DNA of 64,000 nucleotides from Takakia lepidozioides (taxonomy: Eukaryota; Plantae; Bryophyta). Position 1 is the first letter of the stretch; each line of letters opens with the position of its first letter. The DNA lies in the NCBI GenBank assembly GCA_030704615.1, contig CM060731.1:20894001-20958000 (forward strand). The letters are read 5' to 3'. This document shows positions 35,996-48,535 of this stretch, piece after piece. A program made the position numbers and the translations under genes. The notes beneath the pieces are model-generated. The model ran no database searches, was not told where the DNA came from, and saw only the letters and a list, made by a program, of their open reading frames with translations.

Positions 35996-38900
35996 TTACA
36001 AAGGGGTGGGCTCAATAGAAATGGGGACAACCTGGGCTGCATGATGCGCTTGGTCTTCTTGTACATCAAATTGCCAGGGGTTGAATGGAATCAATTTAAG
36101 GCCTTCAACATCAGTTTCTTGGTTCAACTTGTCCAAACACTCCCGGTGCTCGGAGTACTTTCCATTATACTCATAGACTTCAAGGTCACCCCAGGGTGTC
36201 GGAGTCACATCCCCAGTCATTCGAAACCACTTTGGCTTGAACTCCTCATGCCTCACCTCTCTCAGTTTCTTCTCAGATCTTTGCCGTTCCTCCATCCTGA
36301 AAAATTACACAGAACATGAATCAGTTCATGAACACTTGATATCTATGAAATCCCTTTGTAAATAACCTGGGATCATTCAAGGAACTGAATTCCATTTGTA
36401 ATGCGGTAAACCCCTCACAAACCTCGATTTCTCGGAGCCAGCCTTGCTCAGATCACTCTTCTCCAAGGCAAGGCGATCAGGCCGTAGGCGAGAATCAGAG
36501 GGAAGAAGTCCTTGTGGAGCTGTCTCAAAGCTATTGATTTTGTGAGCAAAATACGTGTACTGAAACTTGTCATGCTTTGGTGTGTCTGCCACCCTCCATA
36601 CCTGCAAAACAAAATCACCATAACACATAATGTGGATGTGTGCAGCAACCTCCGGTGACAGACACATACAGTATAGCCAACTGATCACCTACTTCCAGAA
36701 AAGTTCTCATCATGGCTATTTAATACAAACAAAGAAAATATCGACTCCTAAGCTGTAAACATATACTGCGCAGCAGCGATACTGTAATAGTTCAAGACAT
36801 GAACAGTTACATTGAATAGCTGTGCTGGCAATAAACAAGAGGACAGAGAACGACAGATGTGTACCTCCTTCAGCTCCGTGCCAGGGAGAGGCTCGCCTTC
36901 TAGATCGCACAGCTGGTAGCTCATGGATGTGCTCCACTTGCCAGTCACAAGCATCTTGGGTTCCTCGTCCTTGTTATACACATAACCATCCACCTCATGG
37001 CGGCCCGCTCTGTGTACAATGCACACAAACATGTCTATGGCATGTGGGACCCTACTAAGCAAGTAGAATACAGCATTACTAAACACCAGTTGACAGGAGG
37101 CATCATGAAACAGTTTCTCAAAATTGAAGAGATTATTCGCATTATTGAGAGCACACAGATTCAAGAGCAGGTTCCAGGCACAAACCCAAACCAGCCACAT
37201 GGCTGAAAGTATAGCACAGCTTTGTCTCCAGTAGTAAGATTCGTCATGACCATATCACCTGGAGAGTCAACCCATGTGCGTCCGAATATAAGGTTATGGA
37301 CTTTGGTTGGTGGGGGCACCAACTCCAACACCTCCCCTGACTTCTTTAGCACCACTCGCGTCCTGACCTCCCACAACATATCACCACCGAGGTGTTTTGA
37401 GCATGGGATCACTTCCATCTTAATTACAATCATTCTTGCAAATAAAATGCATGTCTTAAACAAGGAATGTACATAAGGACACATTATGCCTTCAGAAAAA
37501 CAGGAAAAAGCCACAGTACCTTCCGACAGGATAAACATCCACAGAATTGCCCAAAAACTTCGTCTTGAGCTTTGATGTCACATCATATGTGAAATGAGAA
37601 TTCTCAGCATGCCCAGAGCTCATTGGCGGATGGTGGCTTACCTGCGAAATGAAAGGCAATGAACCCAAGGTGGCATAGTAGACAGTATGATGGTTCTAGA
37701 ACATTGCAAGCTATCCTCAGTTTTTACCACAGTTGAACAGCCCACCAGAGGTGAGATTCAAGAAAAACTGATTAAGTGATTTACAAACTACAGTCTCCAA
37801 CTCCAAGTCATGAGATGGTCATTCAAAATCAGGAAACATAAGGTCACCCCCAAGCAGCCATGTACCGTATAGCTGGTTGATACCAAGGACCTCAAGACTG
37901 TGTATCTCCAATAGTTGCATGACATGCTCTTGCATGCAAAATCATCAGGAATTTTCAACACACATAGAGCAGTGATTTCAGTAACTGACCTGCTCAGAGA
38001 GAAAGGTCACCCCATTGTGGTTCACCATTTCATATGTCTCTCCCAAAATTGGGTTGAAGGGCTTCCAAGTACGTTGATATGCATAGTACACAGACACTGC
38101 CCATGTTGCTGCCAAACAGGAACCAATCCAGTAGGGCACAATTCAGTGACCAGTAACTGTTCAAGCTAACAACATTATCCTGTACTCTGGTGTGTCCAGC
38201 TGAAAAAAATTCAATTGTAAGTGAGACCAGTCACAATCTTAAGTTACAAGCTCTTCATCCAAGGCCCCCTGATCAAACCATTACTGTCGACAAATGTACA
38301 GTGGCAATTTGAATGAAGATCAAGTTGGATGATTTGTAATTTGCAGCCAATCAAAGGTGAAGACTTACATGCATAGACCATCTTCAGATATGGATCTGGG
38401 GACTCATCAGCCATGTCAAGAAGGTATGAATACTCCATCAACTGCATCCGCTCATCAACACACAATTTGTTTCTTTCAATTGGCACCAGGCAATAAGCAA
38501 GACCAATCTACTGGCAATACTGAATGAGCCACCTCCCACCCCTAGGTCAATGTGACTCCATGACAATTAGCCTTCTTTCCCTTTCCCTCATGGCAACTCC
38601 ACCTTCTGTTCTGGGGAAAATACACAGTTCATGTGCTGAAAGACACACACCTCGGCCATTTTCTGCAGCATAGTCATAGGCTCAAATATGAAGACTGGGA
38701 GGGTCACCATTGATGTCACATCAGACCCAATGTACTTGTGCATTATCTTCCAATAGCTTTCCCGGTCCTGATCCAAACCAATCCAACCTTTAGAGAACTC
38801 ACCTGTCAAACTTGCTGATATATAATAAGAAGAAGATGGCAAGGTCCATTTGAAAGGTAGACATGGGTCCCTAAGTGGTGTGACAACTCTGAAACTCGTA

Positions 38901-40574
38901 GTTGGCCTACTTTAAAACCCATAGAGTATTGTACCATCACACATAAGAAGTTCGAAATGTTTCACCCCTACTTTAGCATTCACAGCAGGCACTTTCTTCT
39001 CTCTGCTTTCTGAGAGGAGTTCACTGCTGCAAAGTGAGCACCTAACTCCCCACACTACACTCCTTGGCTAATACAGAACCACAGTTTTGAACAAGAACAA
39101 AAGTAGACCACGACAAACAAAACCAGCTGGTACTCACATGACCAACAAACAGAAAATAAACCCTAAAGAAAGCCTGATGTCAAGGGCAGACTGTCATGGA
39201 AAGTCTATGCACACTTGACACTTTCTAACTGAATGTCAGCCCTACAGGAAAAGTAACAACCAACCTCCTGCTTCCACCTGCCTCTGGTGGCCTCCTCTTC
39301 AGCATCCTCTTGGCCACCGTCTGGGTTTACTACTTCCAGCCCTTCATGACCGAGCAGACTGCAACCAGAAAAATGTCTTTTCAGAGGAATACCAAATGCT
39401 GGACACTTGAAGCACAATTTGTCCTCAATTGTGCATGTATTTCCACTCTGGTGCACATATGAGAATGCTGCAATATGTGCAATATGTGGCCATAGACCCT
39501 GCGCCCAATTTGGGGCGACAGAGACACTACCTTTGTGGGGGGCTCACTCCAATAGTGGACTTACCTGCGTACAAACAATTGGCTCACGCTTTCCAGATTT
39601 CCTCTAGAAAGCCCTTCACACAACCATCAATCTGCTGTGTGTGACCGAGAGGACCAGGGCTTTAGGCTCAGCCTCAAAATTTTGCAAGCTGGTGAACAGA
39701 AGTGCGGGGACTATGTTCTTGATGGTCCTGAAGAGGGTCACTCTCTGATGAGAATACTCTGGACATAGTATCAGAAAATGTATATTGTCTGCAGGCCGCA
39801 CGCACATCGGGCATTGACAATCTACCTTCCCTCTCTGCATCTGTTTGGTTCGAAGGTAGACACCCCACCCTGTGTTCAAATTTCAGTCTACCGCTGGGGG
39901 TAGGCGCAGCCTTAAGGTTCTCACCCTTGTCACAAACTGGAAACAAGTTTAGGGTTCAGGATGGTGTGACTCAATTGACCTTCGACTGTCTAGAATTTTC
40001 GAGCTACAGCATCAAGACGACCTAGTCCAATAACCTAGACCTTCGTGGTTAAGACCTGCAATAAACTCATATTGTATAGTCTTGAGAACTCCACATGTTA
40101 CCGAGTGATTTCTAAAGTCCAGAAAGGCCAATCATATCTCCCGTTCCAGTTCCCAAATGCTAGGACTTGACTTTAAAATCTGCTTCTGTGTCGACTGGTT
40201 GTGGATCTGCTCATCCATGAAATATCCTTCATAACCAAACCCTACTGGTAAAGAATCAACCCGCCTTAGTAGGAAGCTGTTTCACGAAATTGGGGATGAT
40301 TGTGGAGACAGTGTAGGAAATGAACTGTGATTTCCCAAACTATTACACACACCAGAAAAAGAGGCCTTTAACGAGAGATGGCCACCTGACGGTTGAAGAA
40401 AGGACCTGGGAGGGAATAATAACTGTCCTTGCAAAAACATTGCACTGCTAAGAAGAGAGAAAACGTAAGGATTCAGCACCTGTTATAACTCTTATGCACC
40501 GCGCTGCCGAAGTTGGAGAAGCTGGAGGTGATGGCGGCGAAAAAACCCCCTCCTTTCTTTCCATGATGACTCAT
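35996..40574 (-). CDS. ORP3: Oxysterol-binding protein-related protein 3 (ORP3A/B/C-like), ~10 exons
   Basis: ATG 40574 [24 protein letters not shown]; [17 protein letters not shown]; [28 protein letters not shown]; [12 protein letters not shown]; EQVSHHPP (OSBP signature); [19 protein letters not shown]; [16 protein letters not shown]; TAA at 35996-35998. Confidence 0.95.
39485..39950 (-). mobile_element. Diverged LINE copy in ORP3 intron 1
   Basis: [26 protein letters not shown] and the 3'UTR GGGTCTATGGCCAC; TSD not resolved. Confidence 0.8.
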
Positions 40575-42762
40575 GGCGACCCCAGGAGCGGCACAACTCC
40601 ACTCTCTGGTTCCTCGCTGCCACACTCACCACCGAAAAATGCAAACACCACCTTCAACCCCTCTCCCACTGCAAACAAACAAGCCGTCACACCCTCTGCC
40701 AAAACGGTTCCAGAATCTGCCACACCAGATACCAAGAGACACCAAAAAGCTCACACTGGGCCGACAACCTGCCCTCTATGGAGGATCTGCAATTCGCAGA
40801 CCTCTCCAATACCTGTGGTTGATTCACACAGAGATGATCGCAGGCTATGGAGGCTGGAAAGACAGAGACAGGCTCATCTGGCCCGGCTCTTATATGCTCC
40901 TTCACATGAGGCACCAAACAGAGTCCTCCCGCCTTCAAATCTCAGTCGTTAGCTGACTCTAATCTGACGGCCAATATGCAGTTCTGCTTCCCCAAGGACG
41001 TTCTTTTCCTGTTTTTCAAGAAAAGGCTAAAGCAGCGGCATCCTTTTGTATTTCAAGAGAACATGCCTCTGTCTTCCTTTTCCCCCCCACCCAAAAGCTG
41101 GACTTTCTTTAAATAATTAGTAATACTTTAATATCTAATTATTTTTTCAGAAAAGGGAAACACCTTGCTTCATGGCTCTCTTGGGTAGGGTTTCTGCTAA
41201 ACTTCCCTGTAAGATCTTTCTTAGGCACTCTTGGTGATGGGGCAGTGTCCCCTTCCTCAGCCTCCATGGCATGTCATGTGAGGTTATTCTTTCCTAGCCA
41301 ATTCAATATAGTTTTGGCCCGGCATGACCTTCACCAAAAAACAAAGAAAAAAAAAAAAAAAACAGGGGTCATAGGCTCTGCAAATGCAGAAATAAGGAGG
41401 CACCATGAGAAACACTGGTAGACAAAATTTGCTGTGAAATGTCCAGGGAAAACAAAGGTCGGGCCATAAAGCTTGAAGGGAATAGGCGTGGCAGAGCTTG
41501 AAGGATGTCGTGTACCACTGAATGGCACACAGGATGTTAGTGATGGTGCTGTGGCAAAGGACACCACAAGTAGACTGTGCATCGTCGGTTTGTTTAGGTG
41601 AATGTGATCTCTTACACGTGTTTTGGATCTTAAGCAGACATTTGGAGGCCTTTGCTCCGCTTCTCAAACCTTTGGTTTGAACACAAGTTCCCGGATTTCC
41701 CCCAGGTTTGATCTCTTGTTATCCTGCCTCTGGTTGATAATGTTTCGGATCATCCCTGACTTCATCTGAAGTGATACGAAAGTAGATGGTGCGCCCCTAT
41801 TTCTGTCCCCTGATTCCAAGCGGGGTAATTGAAAGAAGCATAATTTACAAAGTACAACAGTTAGTTGAGCAAGACAAAGTTAAGGCTTGCAGGATGAGAA
41901 TGCTACCTAATGCACTTTAAGTTTGACCATACATGAACTGGAACTCGTTTACAACATTTTACCAATTCAACTCTACTTGCTCCCAGAGGCCCAACTTGGT
42001 GAGGCATTGCCTCTCCAGGGAGAAAACGACCATGTCCGTAGCCTGAAGCATCCACATGAGTCAATCCTGCACACAACAACCCTGAAAAGTCACTAACCTT
42101 CCAAGAAAGGGCATCACCAGGGCTGTGATTTACACATTCTGTAATCAGTGTCACTTCCAGCAGCTGGCATTGATCAGACCAGGTCTGTATGACGGACATT
42201 ACAAATAATTCAAGACTTAGTAATTGGAAGCCTATATCTAACAATAATCTGGCTATGACACGTTGAACATTAAAAGGACAGGGCAGCACAAACTCGAAAT
42301 TCAAAAACTATTTATTAGGGTGCCCCAGTTTTTCAGTGCAACCCGAAGGAGACAATCTGCAATTTAGGTTCTTTAGACAAACCTCAAGTGTTTGACTCCC
42401 CAATCAAAATCTGAAAAAGAATAGGTCCGATATTGCAGACCTCTGCTGTACCCCTGATGCCATCTTGTCTGCACAAAATTGATAAAGTGGGAGGTTAACA
42501 AGATACCTATGTCATGGTCTGTCTCATCTTTCGTTGGTGACAACCTCCCCCACACCAAAGAAAGCCTGATTTTACATCCCAACAAAAAGGCCGGTTTTGA
42601 CTCAGCAAACAAAAGCATTCCCTTTCAGCTATGAATTCAAGAAACCAAATAATCTAGAAAAACTATGGAAGGAAAAACTGGTACTAACAATTTCAAGTAC
42701 ATTTGCACCCACTCTGGGCACATTAAAAAGCTGTGGGCCTACCTTCTGTGGGCCTACCTTCA

Positions 42763-45700
42763 CTACATCTTTCCCCCATCCTCATCATCAGAGTCCCCTC
42801 TTTCACGGAACCGTGGATTCTTCTCCTGCATTACATAACCAAGGAATTAGACTATTCAGTGCCATCATTCAGGAACCATTGCACTGTCAATACTGGTTAG
42901 GAGTCACTCAACCTTCAGCATGCAAGGCTAGAAAAGAATACAGCGTTTTGGTGCAAACATGACCTGGCTTTAATACCACAGGCGGGAAAACCAACTGCAA
43001 ATATCAAGCAAACCCGTAGGGACAGCACCAGCAACTTACAAGCCTCTGTCCCTGGTCAGTGGCTCTCTTCACACCATCAGCTGGTGGAGCATCATCCTCT
43101 CTGTGACGTTTCCGGCCCCCCTCTGTAAAGCGCCCAACAAAATCTTGATCACTCCTGCTGTAAGTAATTCCAGCTCATAGCACACTCTTTCTGCTAATTT
43201 CTGCAAAAGAGCTTCCCTATGTGTCCATCTCTGACTGCTTAAAAATTCGTCCTGTCTACATGCATGTAAATGCATTATCAAAAAAGGCAAACCAGTACCA
43301 TAACAGTGTGACCTTTATGTGATGCTCAAATGGACAATGTTCACTTCTCTTTGACTTTCCTATGTATGAACCATGAACTGTTAACAGTATGATCTTTATG
43401 TAAGGTACCACAGTGCTCAGGTTCACCACCATCGTCGTCTAGCAGCTTTGGAGACCAAATAAAAGCAGTCACACCATTACAGCCTTACAGTTCCACCCAT
43501 GAACAAACAACAGCTGAATCAGACAAGACAAGTGGATGTAAACCTAGCCAGTCACAAAGCCCACCTCTGTTTCCTCTATGGTTGCCACCAAAGCCTTGTC
43601 CACCATCTGAACCATGTGAGCAAAAAGTGATTCACAGTGAGTAGAACATCTGGATTTGAGGAAGCATACCAAGCACACTGCAAAGGGAAGTCAAGAAACT
43701 CTCAGAGAACCGTGACTTTGGGTGGCAACCAGAAGGATACTACAACAAAATTAACGATACTACTGCTTGCTAATAGGAGAAAGAGGAACCTAATGTTTTT
43801 CACCCAATGCAACCATTAAACTTCCACTCAAAGTAGCAGTGTGATATCATCATATGTTTATGCAGCTGCTGCAACTCAATGGACAAGCCATTGAAGACAT
43901 AGAGTCCTCATATCACCATCCATTGAAATTGACCATCCTTGAGCATCAGGTTCATCTAGCACCGATTTTGCCTCTAACATTACAAGTGATCAAAAGGAGC
44001 AGTGCCTGCCTTTAATCATGAACACCTCAGATTTCCAGTTTTGCATGGGTCCTTCCTTTAATGAGGGGCAACGGGAGGATACAAGGGGCAACTGTCACTT
44101 ACGTCTGAAGTTATTTGTCGAAAGTCCAGAAAATGGAATTGAACCCATGCCAACTGGGGAGGCATAGTCCACAAGCTGCCTTCGAACTTCCAACTCCTTT
44201 TGCACTAGCTTTCCATAGCCTCCTCTTCGTGCACTCCCAATACATTAAGGATCTTTGGTTCTTTTTTTATAAATTCTCCAAAACAAATGACAAGGTTCCT
44301 ATGCTCTTTTGCTTTACTCAGCCAGATTGTAAAAAAGTAAGGGTTCTGCATAGCTCAAAGAGATTTTGAGGGTTCTTAAAGGGACCCACAGTACATCAGT
44401 GTTACTGGTTAGTTCCTTTGGTTTCAGGGTAACATGTCACTAACTTAAAACACAGAGATTGAGCATATGAAGGAAAGGATATCAGGATCATAATCTGTGC
44501 GGTATTCATCGCGTACCTGCCAAGTCAAACTCTAGTCAGCCCATAATGGTCTCATAAATTCCCCCAATCCCCAAATTGATTACATTTTCGTGACAGATTC
44601 AAAGCAGAAGCAGAGCACACAAAAGCACCTGGCCACCACTTCTGCCACGGCCCCATTGCCGCCCTTCTTGGAAACCCCAGTCAAAGTCCACACGGATCGG
44701 CCGATCATCCAAAATAGTCCCACTGATGTACTTAACAGCCTCCTCCGTGTCCTGTCTGGTATAATACCTGTATCCACAACCACATACCAGTGAATTGGCT
44801 GGCCATAGCTCCACTGAAACGCAGCTCCAGTGGCTTGCGGCAAGTCCCTTCTTTATCCGCTGCTATGAGGGTCCTTGCACTAGCACACGACATGATTTCA
44901 TGATTTGAGGAGACACACCAAGCATTGGCCATAATTCTCAAGATAAGGCTCAAACTGATCTCCAAACCACATGGTTAGGAAAACGAGGAACGAGGCATAT
45001 TACCGTCTCCTATACATTACTACATTGAACTTGAATTCTGCCAGAAACCATCACCATTACTTGTATCCCGTCACTATGTTGTTGAGAATAGACTTCATTG
45101 GGTTTCTACCATTCCCAACCAATAATATCTTCGGGATCAGATCCACCATAACTCAGTGTCCAACCCATTGGCCGCACCTATCCCCTTGCATATCGTGAAA
45201 TCTAGTGATTACCAAAACTTGCCAGCAAGCCATCACAACTGAATGTGCAGGACAGGAGCATAGAAACATACAGGACAAAACAGAATCCGCAGGGAGTTTT
45301 TGTGTTTTTGTCGAGACCCATGGTGATTTTCTTCAGTTCACCTGTGCGAGAAAACACCTCATAAATCTGCTCTTCAGTGGTGTAAAAGGACAAGTTGCCA
45401 ACATACACCGTAGTTGACATGTGCAATGCCTGCTCAAAATCCTCTTGGGTTCCCAGAAATCGGCGGTCTCGGTAAGCTGAAAGCTGATCAGGTTTCTGCA
45501 TTCATCCCAATGCACTCTTATCAGCGAGGACCTTAAGGATGATCTCAAGGGCTTACCTACCCTCAGCACTAGAATGAAATTTAAACTCAGAGCGGGAAGC
45601 CCACCTTTGAACAATAAACAGATGCAGACAGGAGAGGAGATTGTAATTGCCCGATGTGCGGGCAGTCCAAAGACATCCAATTTCTGATACATTGTCTGGA

Positions 45701-47009
45701 TATTCTCACCAGAGAGTGACCCTCTTCAGGACCATCAAGAACACTGTCCCTGCACCTCGGTTCGGCGCCCCTGTTGGGGTCTAATTGCTGGGCAGCTCAC
45801 AAACAGCAAGTTGATGCTTGTGTGAAGGGCTTTCTAGAAAAAACCTGAACTAATTGTCTCTATCAAGGTAAGTCACACTACCGGAGTGAGCCCCGCACAA
45901 AGGTAGTATCTGTGCCATATTGTTCCACCACGGGGTCAATGGCCACAAGGCTACGAAAACAACGTCTTATGAGTACATTCTTATCAGCCGACGAACATAT
46001 ATTCCTGGTGTACTTGGACAAGAAATCCTAGTAACTCAGAAAACCGACATTTCTACTGATGACAAAAGGTGATAGTCACAAGAGTGAGACCTTCAAAAAG
46101 ACTGGAGGTGTTGTGCAAAGGGCACCAGGATGCCTGCGGATGTGTTATAAACCAGCCACAGTTGAAGCTCAACTGTTAGCAGAAAACTCATGATATTTGT
46201 GGTTAGCCACTAATCAGGGTTGCCCTAACCCGTGAGGGTGTTGAAGAGGCCAGACCTCGGTTGCACCACCGCTGCGAGATTATGGAGTCCCTAAACCCAT
46301 CCAGTATGGGACACCAGGCCATTCCAATTTGGGGCACCTTCTAATTGTTGGGTTTATAGCTGGGTGCTCCTGGAAAGTAGTGGCCCATGCATCCTGCTGC
46401 TGCCAGAAAGAATCCCCATATATTGAACTGGTGATTATGTGCAGACTTCAAAACAATGTTCTTATTGATGTTGCTCATAACCACGATCCTAACCGTAACG
46501 CCAAAATCATCATTCCACTCGTGAGGGCTCCAGTGCACACTCTGACATCACCCTAAAACCCTAACCACACTTTCAGAGGAACTGAGAATGGGAAAGAAAC
46601 AACAAACGACTGGCAAAGACACGACATTGCAAAACTTGGACTGCCAGTAGAAGGGTTGATTCACTTGGAGTTCGAGCACAGAAGGGCATACACATACAAC
46701 GGTAGCGTAATCCTGCACCGGGAACGTGCCAATGACCATTACTATAGCGTAATACAGGCCGGAAGCAATCTCTACCAGCCCCCAATGTCGCTTTTCTGTG
46801 ATACTCGAATCAACAATACTTACGTCCATCAAATAGACATGAGAAAAAACTTCAAACGAAGAGCCTTTGAGCAGCTTCAAAACCCTAACAAGACGGATCA
46901 TGAAACCACAGCAGAACTTCCATGCCTCCATGTTCAATTGATGCATCGAAGAGAAAGAAAAAGCCAAGATAGGAATACGAAGCAGCCATACCTTGAAAAG
47001 TCTGGCCAT
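42763..47009 (-). CDS. CBP20: Nuclear cap-binding protein subunit 2 (8 exons)
   Basis: Exons 46992-47009, 45272-45495, 44629-44767, 44483-44516, 44103-44228, 43565-43606, 43040-43122, 42763-42825. They encode [107 protein letters not shown]. Confidence 0.96.
44229..44482 (-). other. U12-type AT-AC intron (CBP20 intron 4)
   Basis: 5' ATATCCTTT, branch point TCCTTAAT (44244-44251), 3' GCAC; splicing restores YDP-G-RGGYGK. Confidence 0.93.
45526..45978 (+). mobile_element. 5'-truncated LINE copy in CBP20 intron 1
   Basis: Homologous to 26790-27281; ends CTTATGAGTACAT; perfect TSD TCTTATCAGC at 45516-45525 and 45979-45988. Confidence 0.9.
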
Positions 47010-48535
47010 GATGTGCTCCCTCCTCGATCACGGCCTCGTCCCTCTCACCTTCCTACAAGCTGCTGCTTCGTCCTTCGCATCCATGTCCCAGTATAATTGA
47101 GATCTCGTATTGAAACCTACATTTTAAATTTTCCTCTTAAGACCTCGATAATATAGTAATGTTTCTCCAACATATTATTTTATCCCCATTTTATCCCCAT
47201 TATCCAAGTGGCTTTGGAGAGAGGGGCACAGACAGACAGACAGACAAACAGATAGAGAGAGAGAGTAATGTTGGCGGTCTTAAGGATTGCAATGGAGTGC
47301 ACTTGGGTGTAGAATGCAACTGAGGCAGAGTTGGGTTTGAATCGGGCTTGTTGTTGCACTTTGTGAGAAGAGCACTGCATGAATAGGGTCCTAACAGTAG
47401 TACTGTAGCTTTGTTAACGTTTATGTGTGTGTATCTGCGTCCTCAGGAAAAGTTTAGTACCTCAGAGTAATTGTAAGAGACGAGCTAGAGGAAGTAGTAG
47501 AAGAAACCCAATTTTTAGGTTGTGTCCTAAGAAGAATTTGTCTCTTGGTGACTGTGAGATCAGAAAGCTGTCTCATGCGTTAATGCAGTCTTGGGACACG
47601 TTTTGGAAAGCTGTCGATACTGCAGATGGGATTCCATTGTATCTTCGTGTGCTCGTTGTTTATGATGTAATGACTTGGTTTAATTGTCAGTGGAGAGTTT
47701 GTACAGTGGTGAAGTATCATCTTCTCAGCTATCGTACTTGGGGGGACACCTGAAGGACAAAACTATTCACTTCAATGGGTCAATACAGAGCCAACATCTC
47801 ATCTCTGCCAAAGCGGCTGAAGACATTTCCTTCTCCCGGAAGAGGACGGTACAAATTAAGAACCTCTTTTTATCCGCGCACACCACCGACATTAGGCAGA
47901 TATGCACAATGTATGCAATCAGTTCTAAGTAGTTTCTCTGTTTCCCAAAGGTGGATCATGCTCATAATAGGCAGCTTCAATTGAAGCTTGCCCTTCCAAC
48001 AGACTCAAAACAAGCCCCGCAGCACTTCAGTTACAAACGTTTCCGTCAAAATGAAAAACCAAGAACTGGTATAAAATTTCTTACCCTCAAAAACCTCCAG
48101 AAACAGAGGGAACAGAACTTGTCAAACTCCTCTTCCCCGATCCGTAAGTAGAACAGACCAGAGTACAGTGAACCGGGAGCGTACTCACCCTCGAATGTGC
48201 AGGCGCAGGATGCGATGATGGTACAGAACTCAAGCAGCTGTCGGAACCTTCTTCACCCGTATGTCGATCGAGAAACCGAATGCTCTGACTGCTTAGATCA
48301 ACGACGACGCTTAACGCCCGCTGAAGCTGGTTGAACGACGCTAAGTCTGGAATCCGAGGACCTCTCTTCTCTTATCTCGCTCGATCACCCCTTTCTCTTT
48401 GTCTCTTTGCCTCTCGTCTCTGCTCGTGGCTGGTGGCTTGTGTGGTGATGTGAGGCAGGAAGGCAGGCCCCTCTTGTGTGCGTCGATCGCGGCAGCCATG
48501 CACGTCCAGTACTGTTCAAACTAAGCCACCGGCAA

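Noticed and set aside
40494-40956. Plus-strand ORFs of 152 and 127 aa
   Set aside because: Antisense to ORP3 exon 1 and its 5' region; low complexity, no recognisable motif.
46141-46547. Possible solo LTR in CBP20 intron 1
   Set aside because: TG...CA ends are possible, but there is no TSD, PBS or PPT support.
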